Source: an uncultured Gammaproteobacteria bacterium (GTDB lineage: Bacteria; Patescibacteriota; Microgenomatia; UBA10105; UBA927). Taken from it: a stretch of 64,000 nt of DNA. The stretch lies in NCBI GenBank assembly GCA_964629685.1, contig CAZVTT010000001.1, positions 513,319-577,318 on the forward strand, given 5' to 3'. The position numbers and the translations under genes are program-made. This document shows, in pieces, positions 10,615-20,326 of the stretch. The notes under the pieces were generated by a model. The model saw only the letters and a list, made by a program, of their open reading frames with translations, was not told where the DNA came from and did not search any database. Positions within the stretch are counted from its first letter, which is position 1, and every line of letters begins with the position of its first letter.

Positions 10615-10697
10615 ATTTTCCCAGGCGTTTTAATTGTCCGTATCCCGTTCCTCAGCGGTAGAAAATATTTTGATATAATCGTTACGACCTAACGCCT

Positions 10698-11981
10698 ATG
10701 GAGTTCCTGATTATTTTCTTACTTATTCTTTTAAACGGCGTTTTTGCGATGGCGGAAATCGCAATCGTTTCAGCCCGTAAATCAAAATTAAAGCAACAGG
10801 CTTCGGAGGGAAATAAACCAGCGCAAGCCGCTCTGGATCTAGCCAACAATCCCGCTAAATTTTTACCGACTGTACAGGTGGGAATTACTTTGGTAGGAAT
10901 TTTTGCAGGGGCTTTCGGTGGTGCAACTATTGCCGAACCATTGTCGGGATATTTTCATTTGTTTCCCGTTATCGGTAAGTATAGTGATGCAATTGCCCTA
11001 AGCATTGTTGTTCTCACGATTACCTATTTATCCCTGATAATCGGAGAACTTGTTCCGAAACGATTAGCCTTAAGCAGTCCGGAAAAAATCGCTGCTGTGG
11101 TAGCCAGACCGATGAATATGTTCGCAGGCATAACATACCCGGTGGTTGCTTTATTAAGTAAATCCACCGATTGGGTGCTTAACGTTCTGGGAATAACGGC
11201 AGCACCGGAAACTCCTGTAAGTGAAGAGGAAGTTCGGACATTACTGCACGAAGGAGCCAGGTCAGGAGTGTTCGAAGTTGCGGAAAAGGATATTGTAGAC
11301 AGAACCCTTAAATTAAGTGATAAAAAAGTTAGCACCATGATGAAACCAAGAAAGGAAGTAATCTGGTTGGATATAAATAGTACTGATGATGTACTCCGGA
11401 GTCGTTTGCGAAAAAAACCACAATCGCATTTCCCTGTATGTCGCGGATCCTTAGAAAAAGTGGTAGGTATAGTCCGGAGTGAAGATCTGCTTACTGATTT
11501 TTTAGCAACGAAAGACATGGATTTGGAAAAACATTTACACAAACCGCTCTTTATTCCGGAAAACATGGACGGATTGCGGGTATTGGAATTGTTTAAGAAG
11601 TCCGGAATACATATGGCATTGGTAGTGGATGAATACGGAACCATACAGGGCTTACTTTCTCTTACTGATGTCCTGGAAGCGATAGTAGGTGATATTCCTA
11701 CGCTGGAAGAAGCGGAGGAAAAAGAAATTATAAAACGCGAGGATGGATCGTATCTGGTAGACGGACTTATTTCTATAGATAAGTTTAAAGATTTTTTCCA
11801 TATCAAAGAACATATTGATGAAGATACCGGTTCCTTTAATACCATTGGGGGATTTGTCATGAGCCGTATAGAGCGTATTCCCATAAGCGGGGATACGTTT
11901 ACGGCTGCGGGATATATATTTGAAGTAGTAGATATGGATGGTAATCGTGTGGACAAAATATTATTAACGGAAATTCGGTAA
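10698..11981 (+). CDS. HlyC/CorC (CNNM-CBS-CBS-CorC) transporter family protein
   Basis: LNGVFAMAEIA, TVQVGIT, GELVPK, VVDEYG, D.LEAIVG, VDMDGNRVDK. Confidence 0.93.
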   Translation: MEFLIIFLLILLNGVFAMAEIAIVSARKSKLKQQASEGNKPAQAALDLANNPAKFLPTVQVGITLVGIFAGAFGGATIAEPLSGYFHLFPVIGKYSDAIALSIVVLTITYLSLIIGELVPKRLALSSPEKIAAVVARPMNMFAGITYPVVALLSKSTDWVLNVLGITAAPETPVSEEEVRTLLHEGARSGVFEVAEKDIVDRTLKLSDKKVSTMMKPRKEVIWLDINSTDDVLRSRLRKKPQSHFPVCRGSLEKVVGIVRSEDLLTDFLATKDMDLEKHLHKPLFIPENMDGLRVLELFKKSGIHMALVVDEYGTIQGLLSLTDVLEAIVGDIPTLEEAEEKEIIKREDGSYLVDGLISIDKFKDFFHIKEHIDEDTGSFNTIGGFVMSRIERIPISGDTFTAAGYIFEVVDMDGNRVDKILLTEIR

Positions 11982-12009
11982 GTTTACACGCAAATATTCT
12001 TTAACAAAT

Positions 12010-12348
12010 ATGTCTGAAAAAATGTCGCTCGCCGACCTTCCGGCTGAGAAAATTCACAACGGGTCAGTTTTTCGTCAATCTTTAGTCCCTTCGCAACAGA
12101 AAAAAGTGCAGTTGGGATCATATAATTACGCCTGGCTGGACCCCGGATCAATGATTGAACCGCATATTCATCCTGACGGTGAAGAGCGGTATTTATTCCT
12201 TGAAGGTAACGGCGATATGTTTATCAATTCTGAATGGATTCACGTACAGGTACATGATTTTGTGATTGTTTCACCACGGGATCTCCATAGTGTCAGAAAT
12301 TTCGGCTCAGTCCCTTTAGTTTTTTTAACCTTACGCACAGTCGGTTAA
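12010..12348 (+). CDS. Cupin-domain protein
   Basis: PHIHPDGEE...FLEG.G and HSVRN motifs. Confidence 0.85.
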   Translation: MSEKMSLADLPAEKIHNGSVFRQSLVPSQQKKVQLGSYNYAWLDPGSMIEPHIHPDGEERYLFLEGNGDMFINSEWIHVQVHDFVIVSPRDLHSVRNFGSVPLVFLTLRTVG

Positions 12349-12370
12349 CGGATGGGTGTATACTGGTTTT

Positions 12371-12841
12371 ATGAAGTCAGTTATCCGATTCATTGGTGCG
12401 CTAGTTGTCTGTTTTTCCCCCGGAGTAATCGGATCGTGGTTTACTTATCCTGCCATTGCAAGTTGGTATGTTTACCTGAATAAACCATTTTTTAGTCCTC
12501 CGAACTGGATTTTTGGGCCAGTATGGTCTTTCCTCTACTTACTCATGGGAATTTCACTGTTCTTGGTGTGGGAGTCTAAAAATAAAAAAGGGGCAATACG
12601 GAAAGCCGGTAAATATTTTTTCCTGCAACTTGGATTAAACACCGCATGGTCGTTAGTTTTTTTTGGATTAAAAAATCCCACGTTTGCCTTTCTGGAAATT
12701 TTGATTCTGTGGGCATCCATTCTGGCCACAATACGGATATTTTTGAATATTAATAGAACGGCGGGTACGCTATTACTGCCATATCTTGCCTGGGTAAGTT
12801 TTGCAACGGTTTTGAATTTTGCAATCGTACTGCTTAATTAG
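12371..12841 (+). CDS. tspO: TspO/MBR tryptophan-rich sensory protein
   Basis: WY..LNKP...PPNWIFGPVW, QL.LN..WS..FFG, LLPYLAWV.FA..LN. Confidence 0.95.
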   Translation: MKSVIRFIGALVVCFSPGVIGSWFTYPAIASWYVYLNKPFFSPPNWIFGPVWSFLYLLMGISLFLVWESKNKKGAIRKAGKYFFLQLGLNTAWSLVFFGLKNPTFAFLEILILWASILATIRIFLNINRTAGTLLLPYLAWVSFATVLNFAIVLLN

Positions 12842-12873
12842 ATATTCCTATCTACCTGATATAATCCCTGTAA

Positions 12874-13533
12874 ATGAAATACATAGTGATTGTACTATTT
12901 TCATTAAGTATCGGTATGGCAATTGGGGCTAGCATGTATTATTGGCAGCATAAAACCGTGGCAGAACCGGAGTCCTTAGTTACACCGGTACAGCAAAAAC
13001 CGTTGGGAACGGCGTTTTCTATGGAACAGGCGCCATTAGATTCTCTGCGGGGTACCATTACTGAATTAACAGGTATACCGTATTGGGAATCACGAACAGC
13101 CACCGAACCTGCAGTACTTAAGAAAGACATCTCCATTCAGCAAGGAGAAAAAATTATTGCGAGTGACTCCGGTTCGGTTTCCGTTACATTTGCTGCAGCG
13201 GGAAGTATTTCCTTATCGTCTGAGTCCGAAATTGAAATTATTCAGACATTACCAGTTAATTTGGTTTTTTCCCAAAAAAAGGGAAACGTGTCTTACGCAG
13301 TTAGCGGCAGTTCTCCGGTATCGGTTCGAAGTTTTCATTTGCTTCTAAATATTCCGCGCGGGAATGTACATGTCTCTGTTGATGACAGCACAGAAACGGT
13401 AACGGTTAATGTCATTGATGGTAACGCAACTATAGCGTTTAATTCTGTGGATTATATTAGCCAGACGGTTAGCATAACTTCAGGTCAGACGTTGTACTAT
13501 TCGGACGTAACCAGAGGCGTGGATGTGCAGTAG
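12874..13533 (+). CDS. Membrane-anchored FecR-like domain protein
   Basis: N-terminal TM followed by a beta-rich domain with GE.I....S...V.F...I.L...S and V.V..G patterns. Confidence 0.55.
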   Translation: MKYIVIVLFSLSIGMAIGASMYYWQHKTVAEPESLVTPVQQKPLGTAFSMEQAPLDSLRGTITELTGIPYWESRTATEPAVLKKDISIQQGEKIIASDSGSVSVTFAAAGSISLSSESEIEIIQTLPVNLVFSQKKGNVSYAVSGSSPVSVRSFHLLLNIPRGNVHVSVDDSTETVTVNVIDGNATIAFNSVDYISQTVSITSGQTLYYSDVTRGVDVQ

Positions 13534-14721
13534 CTATTTTAGAGAATGTTTATATTCCCTGAGAGGATCCAGTATCGAGTTACCGTCGTACCCGAGCGCC
13601 CAGAGGGCTACCCCTCCGATTCCATACGAATTGGCTAGCCGAATTTTTTCCAGTGTTGCCTGTTTGTCAGGATAAAATATTTGATGATATAACGCGGTAT
13701 CCTCATCGGGATAAATAATATACGATTCTTTTCCGAGTTGGTCGATTTGAATAATACAATCCGTGCAATCAGTTCGTACCTGTTCTGCCCTTCTGTTACT
13801 GATTACTAAACCTGAACCCGGCATTACTGCAGATCTTGGCACATTCCCGATGGATTCCCATTCGTATCCGTATAAGGGGATTCCCAACAAAATTTTTGCG
13901 GCTGGAAGTACTTCTATAGATTTTTGGAGTGCTGTTTCTATATCAAATTCCGCTTCCGTACCGGCTCCACCCACCGGCGCGACCGGTCCGGTAACAGCGG
14001 AACCGGTGTAGTGAAAGTCATATGTCATCAGTACGATACTGTCTACGTACGGTTCTATAGCCGGAAGATCTATTAACCGTGATTTAATTAAATCCGTAGG
14101 GCTGGCATCAATTGTCAGCGTTCCCAGATTCCTTTCTTTCATGAGTGTACGGACTTCCTTAACGAAAATAGTAAAGTTATTTCGTGCTGACAGATTTGCG
14201 GTAGGAACGACACTCTCTATATCCAAATTCAGATCATCAAATCCGTATTTGGTCATAAATGGTGTAATGGCATTCACTAGATTTGCCGCATGAGGGAGGG
14301 GATCACTCACTAATTCCAATATGTCCGATTCAACCCCGCTAAATACCAGAAGTGATAGTTTTACGTTTGCAGTTTTTGCCCGCGAAAATATTTCATCAAC
14401 TTTACCGCTTTCCAGGGCATACCATCCGGGTTCTTTTTCACCTGGATTAGTGTATTCCTGAACACTACCATCCGGGGCGACGGTTAATCCGAAGTAGGTG
14501 AGTGTCGTTATAAATTGAAAGTAATCTTTATCCGTTTTATCAATAAGCCAATACGGCAAGAATCCGATTACTTCGTGTTCACTAAGTCCTACTTGTGAGG
14601 CGATTTCTTGTACAAATGCACCATTCGGATTTTTTGTAAACGAATATTGCAGTAAAATATACCCGCATAAACTTCCAAAGATACAAGTGAGTATGCAAAT
14701 TATAAAAAGTTTTATAGACAC
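13534..14721 (-). CDS. Glycoside hydrolase family 18, membrane-anchored
   Basis: FDDLNLDIE (DxxNxDxE), LMTYDFH..GPVAP, KILLGIPLYGYEW, GVALWALG. Confidence 0.9.
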   Translation of the reverse strand: MSIKLFIICILTCIFGSLCGYILLQYSFTKNPNGAFVQEIASQVGLSEHEVIGFLPYWLIDKTDKDYFQFITTLTYFGLTVAPDGSVQEYTNPGEKEPGWYALESGKVDEIFSRAKTANVKLSLLVFSGVESDILELVSDPLPHAANLVNAITPFMTKYGFDDLNLDIESVVPTANLSARNNFTIFVKEVRTLMKERNLGTLTIDASPTDLIKSRLIDLPAIEPYVDSIVLMTYDFHYTGSAVTGPVAPVGGAGTEAEFDIETALQKSIEVLPAAKILLGIPLYGYEWESIGNVPRSAVMPGSGLVISNRRAEQVRTDCTDCIIQIDQLGKESYIIYPDEDTALYHQIFYPDKQATLEKIRLANSYGIGGVALWALGYDGNSILDPLREYKHSLK

Positions 14722-14780
14722 AGGGCGATTATATCATTCAATAGAGGGGTTCTCACTTGGATGGTAATAGAGAAGTAAAG

Positions 14781-14809
14781 TTGCTTTTATGCAAATTATT
14801 TGCAATAAT
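14781..14809 (+). promoter_or_regulatory. znu promoter (TTGCTT-17-AATAAT) containing a 7-1-7 palindrome TGCAAAT-T-ATTTGCA, Zur/Fur-type box
   Basis: Perfect 7-1-7 inverted repeat at 14790-14804 directly upstream of znuA. Confidence 0.7.
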
Positions 14810-14814
14810 AAAGA

Positions 14815-15753
14815 ATGAACAAAAATAAATTTTATACTATTGCCGCAGTCATAGTTATCGGAGTTTTGGGTATATTATGTTCGGTTCTGTATACGTCTGG
14901 ATTAAAGTCGCCAATCCAGAAGTTATCGGATGAAAAGATATCTGTAGTAACTTCTTTTTATCCGTTGTATTTTTTTGCTGATCAAATTGTCGGTACTAAT
15001 GCAGCGCTTACTATTATAACTCCCCCAGGGGTAGAACCGCATGACTACGAACTTACACCACGCGATGTCGCTTTATTGGAAAAAAGTGAAATTATTGTTA
15101 TAAACGGTGGAGGTTTGGAGCCTTGGGCCGAAAATATTGCCGCGAATACGCAAGATAAATCTGTGACCATGGTATCCGCTCCCCGAGAATTATTTTCGAG
15201 AACAGTCGATGAGGATGGCTCAACACTGCCTGATCCACACATATGGTTAGATCCCATATTGGCTAAAAAACAAGTAGAACAGATATCGCGGGCAGTGAGC
15301 ACCCGTGATCCTAAACATGCGGAAGTATATCAGCAGAACACCGAGCGTCTTTTGCAAAGATTGGATGAACTGGATTCTGAATTTAGACAATCTTTGGCTA
15401 ATTGTGCGAGAACTGAAATTGTCACCTCACACGCAGCCTTTGGTTATCTTACTGACAGATACGGTTTAGTACAGATATCGCTTTCCGGTTTATCTCCCGA
15501 ACAGGAACCTTCTCCAAAGGAGCTAGCAGATGTGGCGGATTATGCGCGCGAGCATAGTATTAAATATATATTTTTTGAAACTTTGGTAAGTCCCAGAATA
15601 GCTGAAACTTTGGCTAATGAAATAGGCGCGAAAACCCTGGTATTTAACCCACTGGAAGGATTGACCGAAGAAGAGCAAAATAAAGGAATGGATTACTTTT
15701 CGGTGCAAAGGGAAAATTTAAAAAATATTAAGACAGCCTTGGAGTGTAAATGA
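14815..15753 (+). CDS. znuA: Zn/Mn ABC transporter substrate-binding protein
   Basis: EPHDYE, DPHIWLDP, HAAFGYL, EPSP motifs of cluster A-I SBPs. Confidence 0.9.
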   Translation: MNKNKFYTIAAVIVIGVLGILCSVLYTSGLKSPIQKLSDEKISVVTSFYPLYFFADQIVGTNAALTIITPPGVEPHDYELTPRDVALLEKSEIIVINGGGLEPWAENIAANTQDKSVTMVSAPRELFSRTVDEDGSTLPDPHIWLDPILAKKQVEQISRAVSTRDPKHAEVYQQNTERLLQRLDELDSEFRQSLANCARTEIVTSHAAFGYLTDRYGLVQISLSGLSPEQEPSPKELADVADYAREHSIKYIFFETLVSPRIAETLANEIGAKTLVFNPLEGLTEEEQNKGMDYFSVQRENLKNIKTALECK

Positions 15754-16499
15754 GTGAAACTGTAGTTTCTATAGATCATATAAATTTTTCCTATAACGGT
15801 GAGCGTATACTTGATGATATTAGTTTAGATATTCATAAAGGTGATTTTTTGGGTGTTATCGGTCCGAATGGCAGCGGGAAAACAACACTGGTAAAACTCG
15901 TCGTCGGACTTTTGAAGCCTAAATCCGGAATCATTAGATTATTCGGAACTGAGTTGAATGCGTTTAAAGACTGGCGAAAAATCGGATATGTACCCCAGAA
16001 GGCAGGATCAATGGTTTTGCACTTTCCGATTACCGTTAACGAAGTTGTCTCTATGGGTAGGATTCAGATAGGCAGGCTTGATGATACGGGTTCACAGGGA
16101 GACGAAGAGGCAGTAGCAAACGCGCTCCGGGCTGTAGAAATGGAACAATATAAATCCCGCCTCATTACTGAATTATCCGGAGGTCAACAGCAAAGGGTGT
16201 TTATCGCCCGGGCTTTAGCATCAGAGCCGGAACTATTAATTCTTGATGAACCCACTGTGGGTGTAGACGTGGATTCTCAATCAAAATTTTATCAATTGTT
16301 ACGGGATTTAAACACCAGGCTTAATTTAACACTGATCCTTATTTCACATGATATTGAAGTCGTGGCACACGAAGTAACGGAAGTCGCGTGTATAAATAGT
16401 AAACTCATCTGTCATGGGAGGCCTAAGGAGATACTTCGCGGGAACTTTATGGAAAAACTATACGGAAAAGATATTCGCTATGTTGTCCATGGTCACTAA
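15750..16499 (+). CDS. znuC: Zn/Mn ABC transporter ATPase
   Basis: GPNGSGKT, IGYVPQK, LSGGQQQR, LDEPT, SHD. Confidence 0.9.
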   Translation: MSETVVSIDHINFSYNGERILDDISLDIHKGDFLGVIGPNGSGKTTLVKLVVGLLKPKSGIIRLFGTELNAFKDWRKIGYVPQKAGSMVLHFPITVNEVVSMGRIQIGRLDDTGSQGDEEAVANALRAVEMEQYKSRLITELSGGQQQRVFIARALASEPELLILDEPTVGVDVDSQSKFYQLLRDLNTRLNLTLILISHDIEVVAHEVTEVACINSKLICHGRPKEILRGNFMEKLYGKDIRYVVHGH

Positions 16500-16502
16500 T
16501 TT

Positions 16503-17300
16503 ATGATGGATATTTTCCAGTACGATTTTATGCTCCGTGCCTTTATTGCGGGAGCCATGATTGCGGTTATTACACCAATGATTGGTAATTTTTTGGTTAT
16601 CCGAAGATATTCATTAATTGCTGATACTTTGTCACATATTTCTCTAGCCGGAGTAGCCATCGGATTAATACTGGGGACACAACCATTAGTTACAACAGTG
16701 ATTACTACGGTTTCCGCGGCAGTCTTGATAGAGAGGCTTAAAACCCGCCAACATATATCCGGAGAGGCTATTCTGGCAATGTTCCTGCCAGGAGGTTTAG
16801 CTTTGGCTCTGGTGTTGATGAGCGTGGCTCACGGATTTAATATAAACTTGTTCGGGTATTTATTTGGCACCATAACTACAGTTAAAACGGAAGAACTTTG
16901 GGTAATTCTGGGACTAGGGCTATTTACCGTGGTAACGATTATTTTGTTACGGAAAAAATTGTTGTTTGCAGCATTTGATGAAGAAAGTGCGCGCGTAAGA
17001 GGTGTCCCCGTAGATACCATTAATACCATACTTGTCGTATTAACTGCCGTAACCGTTTCGTTATCCATGCGGGTGGTGGGCGTACTATTAATCGGAGCAT
17101 TAATCGTAATTCCCGTGATTACCGCTATGCAAGTAGCGAGAAGTTTTTCTCAAAGTTTAGTGTTTTCAATATTGATTGCTTTATTTTCCGTGTTTGCAGG
17201 GCTATTTATCTCATACTACGCCGGTATCCCCGCAGGCGGAACTATAGTGTTGTTTTCTCTTTGTATCTTTGGTATGGTTTCGTTACTAAAAAAACACTGA
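16503..17300 (+). CDS. znuB: Zn/Mn ABC transporter permease
   Basis: D.LSH..LAG, YLFG.I, FDEESA...G. Confidence 0.9.
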   Translation: MMDIFQYDFMLRAFIAGAMIAVITPMIGNFLVIRRYSLIADTLSHISLAGVAIGLILGTQPLVTTVITTVSAAVLIERLKTRQHISGEAILAMFLPGGLALALVLMSVAHGFNINLFGYLFGTITTVKTEELWVILGLGLFTVVTIILLRKKLLFAAFDEESARVRGVPVDTINTILVVLTAVTVSLSMRVVGVLLIGALIVIPVITAMQVARSFSQSLVFSILIALFSVFAGLFISYYAGIPAGGTIVLFSLCIFGMVSLLKKH

Positions 17301-17324
17301 TAACAATCGTGTTATAGGTAGAGT

Positions 17325-18479
17325 ATGCACTTTGGGTTTATGCGGCGATTCCTCTTTGTTTTATGTATTCTTTTGGTTGTCGTAATGCAGCCGTTTTCTT
17401 CCGTGAACGCTCAGAATTCAGCTTCGGAAAATCAGGACGATACGCTAGAAGCGAGTGTCGTAAAAATCTTAGAAGAAAAACAGATTACACCCGAAGGGGG
17501 AGATGCTTTACAACTGTATCAGAAGCTGGAACTTATTATTACCACCGGTCGGCTAACGGGTAAGACAGTTATAGTTGAAAACGGAATGTATCCTATGGCT
17601 AATGTTCCCAGATATGAATCAAAAGATCGTGTAGTGCTTACACGAACGGCAGATCTTTCTGGTGGAGAAGATACCTATTATATAACTGATTATGTCAGAC
17701 GGGATGTATTGTTACTCCTATTCATACTTTTTATTGCGGCTGCCGTAGTTATCGGTAGGTGGCGCGGATTTATGTCGCTCTTAGGAATGGCATTGTCTTT
17801 TTTGGTTATCTTTAAATTTATTCTGCCGCAAATTTCTGCAGGAGCGGATCCCGTTCTTATCGCGATCATCGGATCACTCATTATGGTTCCCGTAACCTTT
17901 TATTTCTCGCATGGTTTAAATAAAAAAACGTCAGTATCTATTCTGGGCACGCTTATAAGCTTGGTACTTACTGGTATTCTGGCGACAATATTTGTGGAGA
18001 TGGCAAAACTAACCGGGTTTTCTACAGAAGAGGCGAGTTTCTTACAGACGTTTTATCCTGGGGTAATCAATATTAAAGGTTTGTTGCTGGCAGGAATAAT
18101 AATAGGTGGTTTAGGAGTATTTGATGACATAACTATCTCTCAGGCATCTATCGTTGCAGAACTTAAGCACGCCTCAGGTAGAATACAGTGGACGGAATTA
18201 TACCGGCGGGCCATGAATGTGGGACATGATCATATCGCTTCCATGGTGAACACGTTGGTTTTGGTTTATACCGGTGCTGCCATGCCATTATTATTGCTGT
18301 TCATAAATAATCCCAGGCCTTTTTCGCAAATAATTAACTATGAATTTATCGCCGAGGAAATTATCAGAACGTTAGTTGCCAGTATCGGTTTGATTCTGGC
18401 AGTTCCGATAACAACGTTTATTGCCGCAGTACTGTTTTCGGGTGAGGATTCAACTACTGCTACGAAACACAGAATTTAG
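17325..18479 (+). CDS. YibE/F family membrane protein
   Basis: LGVFDDITISQAS, VG.DHIASMVNTLVLVYTG, EEIIRTL. Confidence 0.9.
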   Translation: MHFGFMRRFLFVLCILLVVVMQPFSSVNAQNSASENQDDTLEASVVKILEEKQITPEGGDALQLYQKLELIITTGRLTGKTVIVENGMYPMANVPRYESKDRVVLTRTADLSGGEDTYYITDYVRRDVLLLLFILFIAAAVVIGRWRGFMSLLGMALSFLVIFKFILPQISAGADPVLIAIIGSLIMVPVTFYFSHGLNKKTSVSILGTLISLVLTGILATIFVEMAKLTGFSTEEASFLQTFYPGVINIKGLLLAGIIIGGLGVFDDITISQASIVAELKHASGRIQWTELYRRAMNVGHDHIASMVNTLVLVYTGAAMPLLLLFINNPRPFSQIINYEFIAEEIIRTLVASIGLILAVPITTFIAAVLFSGEDSTTATKHRI

Positions 18480-19420
18480 CGATTTTCCGTACCTGAAAAA
18501 TATGTGTATACTGCAGCAGAAATCCGGGAAATTGTAGTTTCGGCGCTTGCCGGATCTGGGGTCTCCGTAAGTACGACGAGTACATAGCTACCATTGGGCG
18601 TGTAAATGATGCCTGCATCATGCGTTACGGAGCCTAGTTCTCCCGTTTTGTGTGCAATGACGGTATTCTGTGGTAATAGGCGGGGAATTTTATTGTTTAA
18701 TTCCTGTTTTTTCAGAAGCGTGAGCATAGCGTCACTTGATTCGCGGTTAATAAGTGTTCCCTGATTTAATTTTTCAAAAAATAAACCGATATCCGAGGCA
18801 GTAGTTTTTGGTGGCTCTCCAAAACTGGATTCCATAAAACCGTAATTCGTCAGAAAATCTTTGCCGGTGGCAATTTTTACTTTTTTACTAAGCGCAAGTG
18901 CCGCATAGTTATGTGAGACCGTAATCATTTTAAAAAGTGCATCTTTGATTGAAAAGGAAACGGTTCCTTCCGTAAGTTCCGCTGACTCTGGATCTATGCC
19001 AAATGCGCGGTTTAATGCCGGAATACTTTCCGTTAACATCATGTCCGGAGTTAATGTTCCATCCTGCATCAGGTTATATACCGTGGCCATAATCCATAAT
19101 TTGTACAGACTGGCGGCCGGAAAGGATTTGTGATCATTGACCGCATACTTTTCTCCGGTCTGTAGTTGTTTAATGTATATGGCATATGTTCCTGCGGTGG
19201 TAGGGAGCAACGGTTCCACAACGTCTGCCAGTTGGGATATGAACGGCGTAGGCGTATTCGTTATTCGGGGAGTAGGGGTGATTACGATACTGGCAGCTTC
19301 CGCTACAGGTGAAATAACGGTCGGTTTAGAAAGTTGCCTTATGGTAGCTGCAAACGAAGAGATAACGATTACTATTATTATTAAAGGCAGTCCGATAGAA
19401 AGTACTGGTTGTGATTTCAT
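18476..19420 (-). CDS. Membrane-anchored serine hydrolase, class A beta-lactamase-like/PBP
   Basis: SxxK (ASLYK), SxN (SHN), HKTG, HDAGI. Confidence 0.88.
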   Translation of the reverse strand: MKSQPVLSIGLPLIIIVIVISSFAATIRQLSKPTVISPVAEAASIVITPTPRITNTPTPFISQLADVVEPLLPTTAGTYAIYIKQLQTGEKYAVNDHKSFPAASLYKLWIMATVYNLMQDGTLTPDMMLTESIPALNRAFGIDPESAELTEGTVSFSIKDALFKMITVSHNYAALALSKKVKIATGKDFLTNYGFMESSFGEPPKTTASDIGLFFEKLNQGTLINRESSDAMLTLLKKQELNNKIPRLLPQNTVIAHKTGELGSVTHDAGIIYTPNGSYVLVVLTETPDPASAETTISRISAAVYTYFSGTENR

Positions 19421-19518
19421 TGAAGAAAACGTGCTGATTACATTTTTCCGGTGCAGTCACACTATACGCAGATTCATGGCAATTGTTCAAGCGGATATAA
19501 TATAGGTGTAGGAGGTAT

Positions 19519-19680
19519 ATGAATACTATTAACGCCATTTGGCACAAAGCAAATCGAATGCCTAATAACCCCACTGTAGAGCAACGACTCCATTGGCATT
19601 TGGAACATCAGAAACATTGTACATGCCGTCCGATGCCTGAAAAGTTAAAGGCAGAAGCAAGGCTGCTTAATATAAAATAG
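19519..19680 (+). CDS. Small His/Cys-rich hypothetical protein, 53 aa (not in ORF track)
   Basis: MNTINAIWHKANRMPNNPTVEQRLHWHLEHQKHCTCRPMPEKLKAEARLLNIK; AGGAGG immediately upstream, TATAAT before it, terminator after. Confidence 0.75.
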   Translation: MNTINAIWHKANRMPNNPTVEQRLHWHLEHQKHCTCRPMPEKLKAEARLLNIK

Positions 19681-19691
19681 GATTGTATAAA

Positions 19692-19730
19692 ACTACAAAT
19701 ACCTCCCGCATTCGGGAGGTATTTTGTAGT
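19692..19730. terminator. Hairpin, probable bidirectional intrinsic terminator
   Basis: ACTACAAATACCTCCCG-catt-CGGGAGGTATTTTGTAGT between convergent genes. Confidence 0.8.
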
Positions 19731-19746
19731 AATACATAGAAAAGCG

Positions 19747-20259
19747 TTATTCTACTATTAGTGTACCCACTTGACCGTTCTTACGATGTTGGCCAACAGA
19801 ACAGTAGTATTCAAACGTTCCGGTTTTGTCAGCGGTAAATTCGACAGTTCCGGTTTCTCCTGATTTGGCAACCGGCATTTTTACGCCAAGTTCATCTATA
19901 TTAAAATCGTGCATCATGTCTACAGACTTCATGACGATTTTGACTTTTTCACCTTTTTTTACGCGAATTTCGTTTGGTTTGTAGTAAAACGCCCCGGCTT
20001 CCATGTCAATGATCCGCACATCAGACATCGCGGAATCGCCTTCCATAGCGGCGCCCGGTGTTGTTTCAGTTCCCATGGATTCACTTGCCGGACTTGTTTG
20101 ATTATCCATGGAGTTTGTTGCCGGCTGTGAGCTTGATGAACTACCGTTCATTGTCTGCAGGGCCACTAATCCGATAACTCCGACAATAACTACAATTCCC
20201 ACAATAATCATGGGATTCATTCCCTTTTTTTCGGTTTTTGGTTCCGTAGTTTCTTCCAA
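19747..20259 (-). CDS. Membrane-anchored cupredoxin-domain protein
   Basis: TM anchor, linker, H(DF)...YYCSVGQHRKNGQ.GTL; probable TTG start after GGAGGTG. Confidence 0.88.
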   Translation of the reverse strand: MEETTEPKTEKKGMNPMIIVGIVVIVGVIGLVALQTMNGSSSSSQPATNSMDNQTSPASESMGTETTPGAAMEGDSAMSDVRIIDMEAGAFYYKPNEIRVKKGEKVKIVMKSVDMMHDFNIDELGVKMPVAKSGETGTVEFTADKTGTFEYYCSVGQHRKNGQVGTLIVE

Positions 20260-20326
20260 TTCACTCACCTCCCTTCATAATCCTATACTACTACATAATG
20301 TAGTAAGGATAAAAGTAGGAACGTGG

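Noticed and set aside
11024-11956. 310-aa antisense ORF
   Set aside because: Shadow frame fully inside the CorC-family gene; Ser-rich with no motifs. The same applies to most short overlapping ORFs in the track
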